Of a stretch of 64,000 nt of DNA, positions 1 through 13,800 are shown one piece after another; the first letter of the stretch is position 1; each line of letters starts with the position of its first letter. This DNA comes from Laetmonice hystrix (lineage: Eukaryota). The stretch spans positions 15,500,001-15,564,000 of the forward strand of contig OZ249436.1 in NCBI GenBank assembly GCA_965235115.1. The letters run 5' to 3'. Below the pieces are notes generated by a model, which had not been told where the DNA came from, did no database searches, and was given only the letters and a program-made list of their open reading frames with translations. The position numbers were made by a program, and so were the translations under genes.

Positions 1-1
1 T

Positions 2-240
2 GGTGACGACTGTCGTATGCAGAACGTCGGTGTCACGTGCCTCATTGTCCATGCTGCCCTGATTTTATCATTTTTATTAATATCTTTTAATAAAATCAAC
101 TTGCAGGAAGAAACTATGGATGGTCACCCTATTTGTAGTGCTACAGACGGGATCTACACCTCCAGTGCTTTGGTTGTTGCCTGTAAAATGTTTTTATCTT
201 ACCAAAACAATGTGGTTGTGTTGGACACCACTCTGGAGGT
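2..240 (+). pseudogene. Possible SRCR-like exon fragments (degenerate)
   Basis: Frame 2 reads GDDCRMQNVGVTC, like an SRCR C-terminal DVGVxC. After an acceptor-like ttgcag at about 102-107 it reads HPICSATDGIYTSSALVVACKMF, like SRCR GTVCD..W...A.VVC..L. No intact domain; motif resemblance only. Confidence 0.25.
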
Positions 241-647
241 CCGGCTTGACCTCCCCACTATATAAAGCCACGAAACCACTGGTCACATGTACAGTGAACG
301 GTCACGTCTGAAAGTATCGCTTAGATAGACTCGGGTCTGTCTCCCGTGAACTGGCTGATGGGTAGGAAGGAGCTTGCATGGGTCCACGTTCGGTCGTAGT
401 CTGGCAACACGTGCTGATGGTTCAAACACTGACAGTATGATGAGTCACACAGTATCCACTTGGAGCCGGGAGGGTGCAAGGCTGAGAAAAGTGCGATACG
501 ACTCTTCTAAAGGGATGTAGCAATACAACCCGTTCCCCGTCAGTGGTCGATCTGTGGCATAGTTCCGTATGGCGGCTACCATTGGGTTATCACGTGTTGT
601 CTGAGACGCCAGATCTTCGAACGGTAGGATGAACGAATCTAGTCGAC

Positions 648-820
648 NNNNNNNNNNNNNNNNNNNNNNNNNNNNNNNNNNNNNNNNNNNNNNNNNNNNN
701 NNNNNNNNNNNNNNNNNNNNNNNNNNNNNNNNNNNNNNNNNNNNNNNNNNNNNNNNNNNNNNNNNNNNNNNNNNNNNNNNNNNNNNNNNNNNNNNNNNNN
801 NNNNNNNNNNNNNNNNNNNN
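648..820. other. Assembly gap (173 N)
   Basis: Run of n from 648 to 820, followed directly by CT/CTGT-rich simple sequence. Confidence 0.99.
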
Positions 821-876
821 CTCTTTCCCCTCTGTCTGTCTCAGTCTGTCGGTCTGTCTCTCTCTCGCTCTCTCTC
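821..876. repeat. CT/CTGT-rich simple repeat
   Basis: ctctttcccctctgtctgtctcagtctgtcggtctgtctctctctcgctctctctc next to the gap. Confidence 0.7.
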
Positions 877-1370
877 ACTTACATTCTATAGTACCACTAC
901 TATGCACGGCGCCCCGAAGCAGACCTGGCTGGGAGGATCCCCTTTCGTTCAAAATGAAATGAAAAAGTTGAAAATACATTTACACGCTTTCTCCGGCCTT
1001 TTCTTTTACCGATTTCAAATTTTATAACTTGCGAGCCTACGCATTAGTAGTGACCTGTGATAAAAGTGGGCATTTTGTGCGACTAAAGTGGTGACCTGTG
1101 ACAAAAGTGGTAAAAATGACAAAAGTGGTTGCTACAGAGGGTCCTTTTTGTTGAGGGTCTGCTTGTTTTCATAAAATGTGTAACCTATTACCTTGATCAT
1201 CTGAGGGACGAGGGACGACCCTGGAAACGGGCAGAATGTATTCAGAGTTATAAGAAATTATTAGTCATTTTCAGTGTTATGCTGGGTTTGCACTCCACCA
1301 TTGCTCCGACTTGATTTTCATCCTTGCATGATTTCTGCATATTTATAATACACGTGGCGTGTTGCAAAAC

Positions 1371-1532
1371 ATCAAACTGATCCGATGATGTGACACAATC
1401 AAACTGATCCGATGATGTGACACAATCAAACTGATCCGATGATGTGACACAATCAAACTGATCCGATGATGTGACACAATCAAACTGATCCGATGATGTG
1501 ACACAATCAAACTGATCCAATGATATGACACA
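1371..1532. repeat. 27-bp minisatellite, 6 copies
   Basis: Unit atcaaactgatccgatgatgtgacaca; five exact copies and a sixth with 2 substitutions. Explains the DCVTSSDQF repeats in ORF 1248..1574. Confidence 0.97.
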
Positions 1533-2423
1533 AAATGACGTGAGAACGCAGGCCCTGCCAGTGTTATGGTTCATCCCTCAATCACAGCGAAGAGAAACCC
1601 AACCGAACTCTAAAGGTCCGAATGCCTGACGTCACATTTAGTATTTCATTCAAATAAAAATTATTGCCGGTTATGGGACTGAACGGGTGTGTGTTTTGTG
1701 GCTAGCCTAAAAAGACTCTAGAGTGATTGGAGGCTAGCCTCAAAACACTCTACAGTTTTTTGAAGCTAGCCTCAACAGTTTTTAGTGAGGGGGGAGTATT
1801 TTGGGGCGCCGACACCTGTATGTAGGCAGCTTTTCGTAGACAATCCGATGCAATCCTATAGGTACGTACAGTGATAGGAGCTATGTTCAGGCCTCTAGCT
1901 ACATATCTCTGATAGCTTGAAGCAAATTTTAGCTCTTGTCAATTTTACAAGATTTATTGTTTTTATAACTAGAAGCTGTCATTTTCTAAATGAATTGTGG
2001 GAAAACAACAATCCCGTTGATGGTCTACCCTCTGGGTTCTCAACGCACCTCTTCAATTTTCTTCTGAAAGTCACTGTTGAGGTGAAATGCCTTTGACCCA
2101 CATGACCTTTCTTTCAAGCAGTTATAACATTTGATTACTTACAGTATGAGCCGTGCTATCTAAATTCTTATTATTAAAAGAAGTTATGAGAGCACCTGCA
2201 CAGCAAGGTGACCCGTTAAAGTGCAGCTTGGACAGCTGCTCGGTATTTCTGGCTGCCCGTCGCTGTCTGTTACAGGGACCTCTCTGGTTCTGTGCCCTTT
2301 GACATCTCCTTCAGCACAGCTGTCTCACTTTCCCCTCAAGCTACTGAGCCCTGTATCAGATAGGGCAGGCCGAGATCATCAGGACCTTTATCAATATTCT
2401 TCATGCTGGATGGCACACTCCGA

Positions 2424-2447
2424 CTGCTGCTGCTGCTGCTGCTGCTG
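2424..2447. repeat. (CTG)8 trinucleotide repeat
   Basis: Eight ctg units; encodes Q8 in minus ORF 2391..2723. Confidence 0.9.
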
Positions 2448-4702
2448 TGGATGCGGCTGCTGGGGCCACATGCTATGGACCTCGGAACCATCCCTTTTCT
2501 TCAGCAGCTGCTCAACAGCTGGCAGAAACATGCCTCGTCTGTTGCATGCTGCTGTTTGTAAGATCAAGACATTCCCTGGGAGAAAGAAAGCCAAATTTGA
2601 GCTGTCAAGAATCTTCAAATACTGCCTTACATGGTCATGCTTGTTGGAAGCTAAAAATAAAGATTCCATCCTGGTAAATAATGAAAGCCTACCATATGAT
2701 ATCAATTTATCAGTCTTATTCAATTATAAATGAACGTTTGTAAAAGGCAGCCGAACCATGTCAATGGTATAGGCTATGTTCTCATTGAAATGACTGTAGC
2801 AGGACAGATCAGTCTAAGCAAAATGAATAAAAAGGGTGTAAGCAAGACTATCTATAGGGGGGATCCCTTTGAGGCTGCATTCTATATCGACATTAGAATT
2901 CCCTGTCACTGACAAGGCACGTAACTATGATCATTAAGACCATTAAAATGAACGGTATTGGGCCTACATGACCAAATCTGTTACAACGCCTCATACTCGG
3001 TACGACATGCAGTCACAGTTTGGGGTTTAATTTGGGTACGACTTTTTACGCCAATCAATCTTGCCTGGTCTGCCACAGTTAGGAAGTCGTCCAGTGGCAG
3101 AGCACGTGCGTGCGCATCAGCTGGGTCGTATCATTCTGTGACTGGGGACGTCGTGTAACGTATCTCGCCATGCCGAGCGCCATGCACCCGGCAACATTTA
3201 AGCCTGACTGTGTAGATGTTGATGTGCGTGCTGCCACTTTGACGCTGCCTGTGGAAAAACAGCCTCAACATATGGTTCCTTTTGGGCTTTTTCAGCTGTT
3301 TATGCTTGGCAGATCAGGAGACATTATGAGGAAAAAATGAAGAGATAGACTGAATCTGTGGGCTGGGTTTGATATAGCTTGATCCACGTTCTGTTAACTT
3401 TGTCACTGACTGGTTAAAGTGAGTACCACTGGGAAGACTACTACGCACGTAGAGTTGCAAAGCAGTAGAACTTTTCCTGCTAGAGTTACATGTCCTGTAA
3501 AATACCGCTTTTCAGGGGCATATAAAAAGATGAACGTAGTTTTTTTTTGCCAAGGTGTATAATGTACATGTACTTGGATACATCGTAAAACTAAGTTTCC
3601 TTTGGCCTTGATGTTTGGAAACATTCTTTGCCGACACATTTCCTGAGTCTATATAAGAAGCTAAACCCCACACAAATATTGAAAAATGTCTCAATCTGTG
3701 TATTTTAGCTAGCACTGAACAAGCTGTGGGGCAGTGGGGCGACCTGACCAGGTGTGATATGGGGTGAATCCTTGCCATTTACACAAACACGCTCGTCAAA
3801 GCTTTCTTGTTCAATGAATACTTCCGAAAGGTGATCAACATTTATAGAGGAATAGAGGCATGTCTTGAGGACGCACAGCAATAAATCTTGTCAACAGCCA
3901 ACTTAAGTGTCCATCACCACAGATAAATGGAAAATCCCCCGATGAACCATCATCACATCCTAGGAGGGAACTTACAAGTGTAATACGAGATTTTCTACGA
4001 TACTGATTCAAATGAGTGAGGTCTTAAATTGAACGTTAATACAAGTACCCAACAATTACCACCTAACGGGCCTGGCCCGTAATCTCCATCAAATTATTGA
4101 GAGGGCTAGATGATTTCCATTCAGGGGGTTAGACGAACAGAGTCTAAGGTTCTTCCTATAGTAAAATAGGCTAATTATTAAGCCCCCACAGCCCCCCCGG
4201 GGGGGGGGGGGATTACGGCCCTGCGGGTAGAATGACGATATTTGATATTTTCAAACAGACTTCCATAAGGATAAGCCGTCAATGAGTAGTTTGTCTGCGT
4301 TAATTACATCATTAAGAGCTCATTACCATATATAAGTATTGTAAGGATATGTCGACATAGACAAGGAAACTCAGAAAGATGCGAGTTTGAGAGCTAGGGG
4401 AAGACATACCCTAACCAGTCGAGTAATCTCTACCTGTGCACATCTGTGGACCTAACTATCCTAATGAAGGGAGTTGCGCAGGTCCCTGATCTGTGAGTTC
4501 AGCTGTACGGAAATGGACATCATGTGTACAGAATCTTCATCCCAACATGTTTCAATACCGAAGGACTTCTAAGTTTAGAGGCCAGGAAATTGACCTAACA
4601 TAGTTCAGATAGGGTTACTGCAGGTCCTTCCATCTGGTTTGGATCACCGGCAAATGTGTAGTTTCTATTGACCTGCCAGGGCCAATGAGAAGTTAGAAAA
4701 AC

Positions 4703-4915
4703 ATGGGCGAGCTCATTAGCTTCCGAGTCGGTCGATTTTATCAGTCTGTATCTACAGACGTTCAGGCAGTAGCCGCATCCAGATGTGTCATCCCAGGTAG
4801 CATTCTGGTAGCTCGAGTACAAATAGAGAAAAGCACCGGAGTGACATGCACCCTCAGATCGCCGAAACCAAGAAATATATATTACACCGATGTGGGAATT
4901 AACTGTGGCAGGCGA
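4703..4915 (+). pseudogene. Possible degenerate SRCR C-terminal half
   Basis: ORF reads ...PGSILVARVQIEKSTGVTCTLRSPKPRNIYYTDVGINC, resembling SRCR G.I....V.C......C......DVGV.C but lacking several cysteines. Confidence 0.22.
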
Positions 4916-7900
4916 GAGTAATGAAGTAACTGGCTACAACAGACTGAAGCTTCGCTTGTCAGGGAGACGAGTGTGTTTCATCAATAGGTAATGGACTGCC
5001 TGCAAAGCAATGGGTATAATCTCACTGCAAGTCACTTGAGCATGTGCCAGTGAAGCATCGCCTGTTTGAAGAAATGACTTGGGCCGTGGGAGTGTTGAAG
5101 TGGTTGAGTGTGGCGGGGATCTGGGCAGGGACAAGAGAACAACTCCAGTATCAACAACTACATACCCACAGTCCCGACCTGGACGTGTCTCACGGTACAT
5201 TCTTCATGGACACTCAACGACGAGAAAATCCATACCCAAACAACCGTGTGTCGACGGTCTCCAAAAAAATACAACATGTGAATATGCCGCTGAAGTGTTG
5301 ATGTAGACTGTCCTGTTTCTGGAATCTGAGGCTTTGTCATTCAATCCATTGGTAGCGCTAGAAAAACAGAGACATATGCATTCAACTACTAAATTGATTC
5401 GCATTAAAGAATCTTTTCTTTTTTTGGTAATGGATCTTTTTCTGTTTAATATATGTGATATATACGTATACCAGTAGGCCTAATCCCGTGTATATATAGG
5501 GTCATTATGTGGACTCACGCCATTTTCAAGCTTCCAATACATTTATCTGTGAAGTAGTTAATTCGAATCATAGACGTAGATTATAGGTCTATGATTCGAA
5601 TAGAATATACATACAGCTATTCCGGACAAGCATCTTTTTATTCACATTATATGTCGTGAAGGTAGGAAAGCAGGAAACGTCATTGGTATGTTAATTACGG
5701 TTCTGTACGGCAGGAATGGTACAATGTAGATTAACCTCAGAGGACATGACACTGATAAACTATTACCATTACCATCCTTGCCCAGATACTGTGCACGGCC
5801 AAGGGTGGCGTTTTTATCTTGTAGGGGTCTAGAGGAATGAGTTGGGACACAGAGCCATGCTCCTAAACGAAACGTATCGGCACCAATACTGTGTACAAAA
5901 CGGAGGCATCACAACATTGGCATTGGTTGCATTTAAGAAGCTGATTCAAATTATTATGACCAACCTAAGCCTATGACTCTATAACCTGAGAACAACGAGA
6001 CTAAAACGTTCTAGTCTTGCTATAGTTATAGCGGATAGGAGCCGGTGCTTGGAGAAATATCAACTAGTTTGTTAAGATTGTACAATGTATAGAGCCTATG
6101 TGGAGGAATTGTTCAAATTGTGATAATCGACAACGGGTAACGCTTTTGGTATACTGGGCTATTTAAAAAAAGTTTCTTAAAAGGGAAGTCTGATGAATGT
6201 AATTCAACCTCGGAAACATCCCATGCCAAAAACAATCAATTATAATCGTATAACAGTTAACAGCTGCATTTGACCAGAATGATTGGCTTGTCGCGTTACA
6301 GGCACACCCAGCTGGTCTGATAAGGTCGGGCCCAACGTGAGTTAAAACGCTAGCCACATAGTCTACAGTTTGTACGGTGCATGATCCATTCCCTTCAGGC
6401 GACGTGTAAATTACCATCCTCCGTCATCATTTACTTACCAGTATACAAGACAACGCGTGTAGAGTCGACAAACAGTTTCTGTTCTGCTCCGCCACCGGCA
6501 CCTGACATGATCCATTCAATGTCTCCTGCCATGGGACACTGGGACACTGTCCTGAGGGGAGAACAGCTGAGGACCTCAGGTTGGCATCGATTTATGCAAG
6601 AGCTTGATTAACGATGTAACAAGCATTCTTTTAATAAGTAGGCCGAACCTCTTTAACGTAGACTTACGGATTTAGATAAAATCATTTGTAGATGTACACA
6701 AAAGTGACTTTGAAAAACGCCGGACCTGGACTAACCTGGATGTATTTTGTGTGTGTGTTCCTTGTTGATGGCAACATGTCAATTTGCTCTCGCAGTTCAT
6801 CATGACCACACGGTTCGCCAAGTGGAGCTTCACTCCGATCATTGATCTACATTAAAAGACCGGGGAGATACCTGCCAGTCCAGAAACATATCAAAAGAGT
6901 GGAAGAAATCCTTTTTTAAAAATGTTCTTTTGTTTTCCAGTACTTGTCTTACGTCGTGTTCTAATCGAACTATCAAATAAATATGCCAGAAATTCCCCTA
7001 TACGCTAAGGATAGTGTGCAAAAGTAGCATTTCCCTGTTTAATGTCTCTTATTAATGGAAGATCCTGGGATTATAAACGAATACATCCAATAGTGACAGC
7101 TGCCGTCAATAGACGAGACTAAAGTAATGGCTTCGTCTGATCCCAACTTGGGTGATCTAGTGATGAAGTGTTTGTGATCAGCCGATCTGACCTAGGTTTG
7201 TGATACTCGAGTCATCTTAAATGGGCTGATGGGATAAGATACGTTTTTCCCTGTAAGAATTCCATTATAGAATCATGTTAATTAGGTGAGTAATCAGGTT
7301 ATCCAACCTTGTTCACTCTGAGAGTCTTGGCATTCCACATCATGGCCTGACCTTTTATAAACTTCTTCTTGCATATCGGATGTACTGATAACTAGACGTA
7401 AAAGAGTTGATCTACATGTAAGTACAGTAACAGTATACTGTCCATTTACTAAGACTATACTCGGTGTACTCGATTACAGACTGCCATCACCATTGTCACA
7501 AATTATTATGAATTTATCTTCAAAGACACGTGATCATGATGTCACAGCATCAGTAGGAGAATTACAAAGATCACCTGTCACATCACTGATTGATCATGTG
7601 TCGGACATTGGGGTCACAATTTGGGGGTGATGGGTAGGAACCTTTGACCTTTGCTCTTCTGACCCTGACCTCTGCCCTGTGGCAGTGACTGGGCTGCCAG
7701 TGCTCCAGCCAGCTGCCTGCAGGTAGTACCTGACCGCCAGCAACGTTTCTCCAGCGAAGGAACCCATGCTGTGCATTATATTGGACACGACAGTTGGGGG
7801 CTGCCATAATCCTGGGCATCCTGCATCCAAACCAAAGAGTACAAGTATTAATATAAGACATGCACTAGTCGCAGTCATCTGCTCCACATCTCTCAATGTC

Positions 7901-9140
7901 GCTGGTGAACTTTACAGCATCTGTAAGAGATATTTTCATACATACATCATTGTCTTTCCGATTTCTCGCTTTCACTTAGACGGGTTTCACAGTTGCTTAT
8001 TCAGGTCGTTTCTTGCGGCACAGAAGAAAACCTTTTAAACAAATGGTATTATATGATAGAAACGTCAAACGGTAGGTTACAAATAAAGTAGAATATATTT
8101 TACATATAAGCCAGCTTCGCATTCTGACATTTTACGGAGAAATAAGTTTCTCTCTGCGACACACATATTCTAACACAATCTATATAATTCAAAAGCGAGT
8201 AGGCCTACATTATGCCAAGTTCTGTATGTAAAACCATTTTTGTTATTTGAGAGAATTATAACGGTCATGTTAATATTGATTTCAGAACACATGTAAACAT
8301 GGATTTGATAACACATGTGAACATCAATCTAAAGGGGACCGTCCATACAGAACACTTCTGCAGAACTTATTTTTATATCCACTTTGAACTTGGGCTGATC
8401 ACATATTTCTTCGGATATTGCAGCATTCCACTGGTGTTCATGCAAAGCAGGAGTTCCTAATGACCGAACAAACCAGCAACCGCGCCAGCGAGCTGCCATC
8501 AATCTGGGCTGGGAGCAGGATCACCACAGGATACCATGCACAAAATGCCTACTCCCCTGCTGGGTGTAGTGCATGTCATTTAGCCACTGCTCCCCGCCAG
8601 CGGGCCCAACTCCAACCCCGCCCAGGACCACGGGCCTCCCTCCCACTGGGCCGGCCCTGGGGATGGCAGGAATGTCGGCCCAGTGGGGAACAGTTTGAAA
8701 GCATTCATTGGGCCTGATCCTAGCTGGCAGATCGAGGCCATAACTATAACCTCAACTCTAAGATTTCCTTCTTCCCTGAAACTATACTTCCCTTACAATA
8801 CAACTTCTTCTATTGCTGAAAGGCATTTCCCACTACAAAGAAAAAAATCCGCCAAGCTAGTTGATCCCAAAAGTTGCAAAGGCTACATGCAAGCTCACAT
8901 TGCCGCTTGCTTGGGATATATAGACGTATACTAACACATGCCGTTGAGATCTGCTGATGTCATACTCAGTGTGTAGGATGACCTTAACACTCACAAACTT
9001 TTCATTTACAATGGTTGATAGGTTAGTAGCTTTAATATTTGGTGGTGACCACCGGCAAATACCGCCAGAGGGATGTAAAACCACATTATATTCTTGTCAA
9101 GGACCTCCAAACTTATAATTAAATGATATGGTATGGTGCG

Positions 9141-9144
<4 letters not shown>

Positions 9145-9233
<89 letters not shown>
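9145..9233. repeat. (GA)n microsatellite, about 44 units
   Basis: Uninterrupted gagaga run. Confidence 0.98.
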
Positions 9234-9235
<2 letters not shown>

Positions 9236-10725
9236 ATTTAATTTGACCGAGAGAGAATTAAGAATTTAGGTAACTGCAACAATTAATGAAGTTTAGTAAG
9301 GGCCATTTCCTATTACATAACCGAGTGTAAGCTTACGGCACCATCGCCCAACAGGATGCATGGGCGCCAAGAAGATTAGGCAATGATATATTCTCTCTCT
9401 ATATCGCACTGCACGCTGCCTGCTTCCCTTATATCTAATGGACTTATCACCATTTGCCGCACTCACATGCCATTGGCCATATCATCTTACAACTTATCAC
9501 AACCTCACCGGTATGGCACTGCGCTCAGCCAAATAACTCTGGCTATATCAGCTGCAGCCATGCCAAGCCTTAATATATCACCAACAATTATTGTCAGGTA
9601 GTTTCATCATCGGGAATCTGTTTTAAAGCTACAGTACGTAATACTTATGCTAAAGTTATCCTTCAATTATTTACGCCATTAATCTCTGTCATCATCATGT
9701 TCTCCGAAGGAAAAACAATTATAGCTGTCGGCCTAATCTTCTATTCATTGGTTCGGCTACATTTTTTCCAGAACACACCAGACTTTGCACAAACTCCTGA
9801 ACTATCATCCGATTTCATCAACTGAACAACACGTGGTCAACCTTGGTGTTTTCATCCCATTACTCGAGATGTTGAGGGAGCAGTTCACAGCGTCTCGATG
9901 TGACACGGGATCAGCAGGGAGTGGTCAACTACAGCTCGGCTGAAGACATCCAGCTGTCAATCAGCTGTCAAACTCTCATAGTGTCACACGTCAGTGGGAG
10001 GTGCCCACCTTCCTGCGGTGGGACACAAACTTCCGATAAGTCACGTGACATCTGACGTGCGACATGCCCATCTGGAGTTGGTGATTGATGATCACATAAT
10101 TCACTTTTGCTGTCAGCAGATAATATTTTTGTTGGTACTGGCTAAAAAAGTACACGTAAACAAATATTTCATTGCTGATATTCTGAAACTAATCTCACAT
10201 TACCACTGCCATGTATTGTAGTACCGTACACTGATTCATTGCTCCGTTTCTTTCAGCAGAAAAATAGCATGGTGCCTACGTTTACGGCTAGTTTGCCACA
10301 TATCTCACATGCAACTTCAAAGGTGTACCGAGAATGAGAATTCCGCAGTGCTTGAGAAATTCATTATGGATTGTTATTTCCACCTGAATACTTACAGAGG
10401 GTAGATTCGGTATTTTTTGCTTCAGTAATTCAAACGAACTGCTTCATCCCTTCGTAGAAACACGTCCTTCGTCCTCTATAAACTCAGGAGATGCATTCAC
10501 CGTGTTTTTGAGGAGGTAAGCCACATTTTCTCATTCCAATAGACAGGGCTGCGAGTATTCTATAAGGACACAGCAATGACATCCAGTATTCAAATGTACT
10601 TTTTAACCTTGAGCTTCATCGTAACGAGTGGAGACAGCGGAGTAGCTCAAACATTCTCTGTCCTGACCTTGTGGGTTATGAGGGCCACAAGCCGAACAAA
10701 TGGTTAATACCCTCCCCTCTGCAGT

Positions 10726-10889
10726 GCTGCCTATTTCTAGCCCCATAAATGTGTCCCGACAGCGAGGCGAAGATAAGATTGGTTGTGGAACCACTGGCGC
10801 TATCGGACAGAACGTTTCCACGTCTCACAGTGGGGCAGTAACTTGGAAGGGCGAGTTCTCCAAATGGAAACAAAGAGTGTCACAAAAGG
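10726..10889 (+). pseudogene. Exon-like fragment resembling an integrin-alpha beta-propeller repeat
   Basis: Acceptor cctcccctctgcag, then an open frame ...IGCGTTGAIGQNVSTSHSGAVTWKGEF, like integrin GAPGxxxWxG. Weak donor. Confidence 0.2.
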
Positions 10890-13800
10890 TTCTCGTTTTC
10901 ATCTTTATGCCCTATCTGGTCCACTTGTAATTCCATTCTATAGAATATTCTCATTTCGCGATTCCCTGTTGAATCATGATGTTCTTCATGATAAATAATT
11001 TGATCAGACTGGTCAAAAGGCTAGGAGAACGAGAGGAACACGCGAGTATATACCTATAGACCTGGCTATGGCGACGGGCGTTATAATATACTGCTCTGAG
11101 AAAATCATTATCTTAAAATATCAACCAACCGTATCTGATAATAAAAAGAATATTGAGCTTCACCGTGAACATCGTGGTCTAAAAACATTTGGAATATCAC
11201 GAATATCTTATACAGGCCAAATAATCCAGAAGTCAACAAACCATTACAAATTATTTATGTATAACCTCCGTGCAATTCATCTGTACATGCTGATAATCAC
11301 AGGCATTCCACTTCTAATTATTTCAGGATGGTCACAATGTATAACTCATTCATATAAATACTATTACTACACAGACAAGCCTGTCATACTAATTCTCTCT
11401 CATTGGAATTATTGTGACCTAATATTCTTTATGGAGGTTATGTAATATTAACAAAGGTTGTTTCCAACAACTGTTATCTCCAAAATGCTATTTCTAGCCA
11501 TTAAAGATTAACATTTTGACATCGCTATGGGAGATTGATGGCCATGACCCTCACTGATATCCAGGAAGACGACAATCTCTCATTCATCCAAGCACAAAAT
11601 GGTACCATGCATGGCAATTACTCCGGTTACATTAGAGAATGTTATCAGAGATAGTGATCAACCCGAGTCAGGACCCATGGCATTCCTCCATGGAGAGACG
11701 CAACAGCAAGCACGATCGAAGGCCACTCGACGCTAAACATTCAACGTATAAACCTTATTGGTAGCTGCTCCACACTAAACATTCAAAATGTAAACCTAAA
11801 AATGCAGAAAAAACTCTTGTATTTTTCAAAAAAGACCAGGAGATTTGAACTACAATTTTTTAGCGTACGGTTAGGATATCAGTTTCTAGTGAAGAAAATA
11901 TTCTACAAACATGGTCCTACAGCCTTACAAATAAATTGTGCGTTCTCCGTTCTCCGGGTGGGGGCACAGGGGACATGCCCCCCCCCAATCAAAGAAACTG
12001 GGGGGGGGGGGTTTGCCCCCTCCCCACGATTCTTGTCTCAGTGGGCCAGAGAGGGCTGAGTTACGCACACAACCTAATAATGTTCTTGCAAGAAGGCCTA
12101 GTTGCCCCCCCCCCAACCACCACCAAAAATTTGCTTCCAACATCATGGGTGGGGTGAGGGTGGGGGTCGTCAGTGTGTCAGGGAGTAACCCCTGGCCCTG
12201 AGAGACCAATTACCGCATGGGTTTCAAGTAAGCAGACTAACTTTGACTCCGGGGGCAACAGTCGAGCACGACTTTTTCCACTTTGGTGTGTGTGTGTGTG
12301 CACAAACTGGAACGCGCGGCTACCGCATGCCTATAGCCGTGTCCCATCTATCTAGGTGAAGAAAAAGATGTGGCACTTCAAGAAGTAAAGTATGGAAGAG
12401 GGATTTCTGGGGATATATTGGATACCGGACAGGGTATACTGGGTGGTACGACCCAGCAAGGGGCTCGGGAGTTGGTAAGGGTATAATGTATAAATCCGAT
12501 TTACAAAGTCCTGTCGACGTTTTGTAAGTCGAAACACTCAACTCTTCCTGCCTTTATGTATTCCTCATCATTGTACATTACCATTACACTCAACATGAGG
12601 AAAACGATCAGTAACCGTGAGCTTTAGACTTCCCTGTGCATTAAGTACTTACCGTAATCGCCAATTATGGCGAAATTATGACAGGAAAAAAGACCAACCT
12701 TTAATTCTGATTTTTTAGTCCGTGAAAATGTATTTAAACACCCCATGGACTGTCAGTCAACGCTGAGTAATTGTGAAGAAAACGTAGTAAAACCAAATTA
12801 ATGAAGTGCCACTATACATGTTCATGTTTCAATGTCAGTTATAGCCCTACTCACAACTATAGGTGTATTTCACCTAAATGTAACAGTTCATGATAATATT
12901 TAAATAATGCCATTTTTTAAAGTTATCATTTCATCGTAAAATACCTAACCTATTACACATTTCAGTGCTGGCGAGTCCAAATCTTGTATCATTAAACCAA
13001 TAAGCTTTCAATGCTCTGCATGATAATCAAATGGACAATTAGAGGTTTGGGCCCAATAGAGTAGTGTTTATAGGTGCACAGGGCTGGGCCGTTTTGTAGG
13101 TTACCAGTCATGTGCAATTGGAGCATGTCAAATGAGAATGGCGAACACAATGTATTTGTTGTCTTCTCAAGTATAAGGCCACCCAGTCATTCAGCTAAAA
13201 AATAGAAGCCGCAAAGAAGCGATACGGACTGTCAACAGAGATAGCTTTTCCCATGGGCTAGATAGTATTGGACAACCACTGTTCTAACCATACCGGGGGT
13301 AGAGTTTCAGAAGTTGTGCTTGACCAGGCCAATGTCTCGGTTGTCAACTTGATGCCGTCACGGACTACAGAGGAGACGTGGCCTGCAGTGGAAGAGACCC
13401 ACACAGGGCTGGGCCTCTCAGACCGGTGCAGGCTGGCCGACGGTCGGTGGAGTCGTGGTCATGTTGAAGCTGTCCACCAGGATGGCATGCTGACGTGAAC
13501 AAACCCACTCTGGTGTGTAACCACGCCCGCACCCTTCACTGACCATTGAAAATGGAACCAGGCCTTCCGTTGGTGGTCGTCAAACTTCACCATTGATGGC
13601 TGACCATTCAACCGTGCTCAGGGCCACAGCTGCACACTGAAGACTGAAGTTTCAATATATAATATATATATAAACGTGAAGACTCCAACTAATGGCGGTT
13701 GAAGATGATTGGTAGAACATTTGTGGGTTGATGTCTATATTGTACGACCTTTCTATGATTGCATATACAGAAAGCTATTCACAGATATGCAGTGATCAGT

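Noticed and set aside
2221-2733. 170-aa plus-strand ORF with poly-Cys
   Set aside because: The Cys run is just the (CTG)8 repeat; alternative start codon; no domain.
4072-4223. Possible MITE (ctggcccgtaatc / gattacggccctg)
   Set aside because: 13-bp TIR with 2 mismatches and no TSD.
4595-4822. Helicase motif III-like FAGDPNQM on the minus strand
   Set aside because: Isolated motif with no DEA motif or other helicase exons nearby.
13268-13498. Tudor-like peptide (CRLADGRWSRGHVEAV)
   Set aside because: A few residues only, stop immediately after, no clear exon boundaries.
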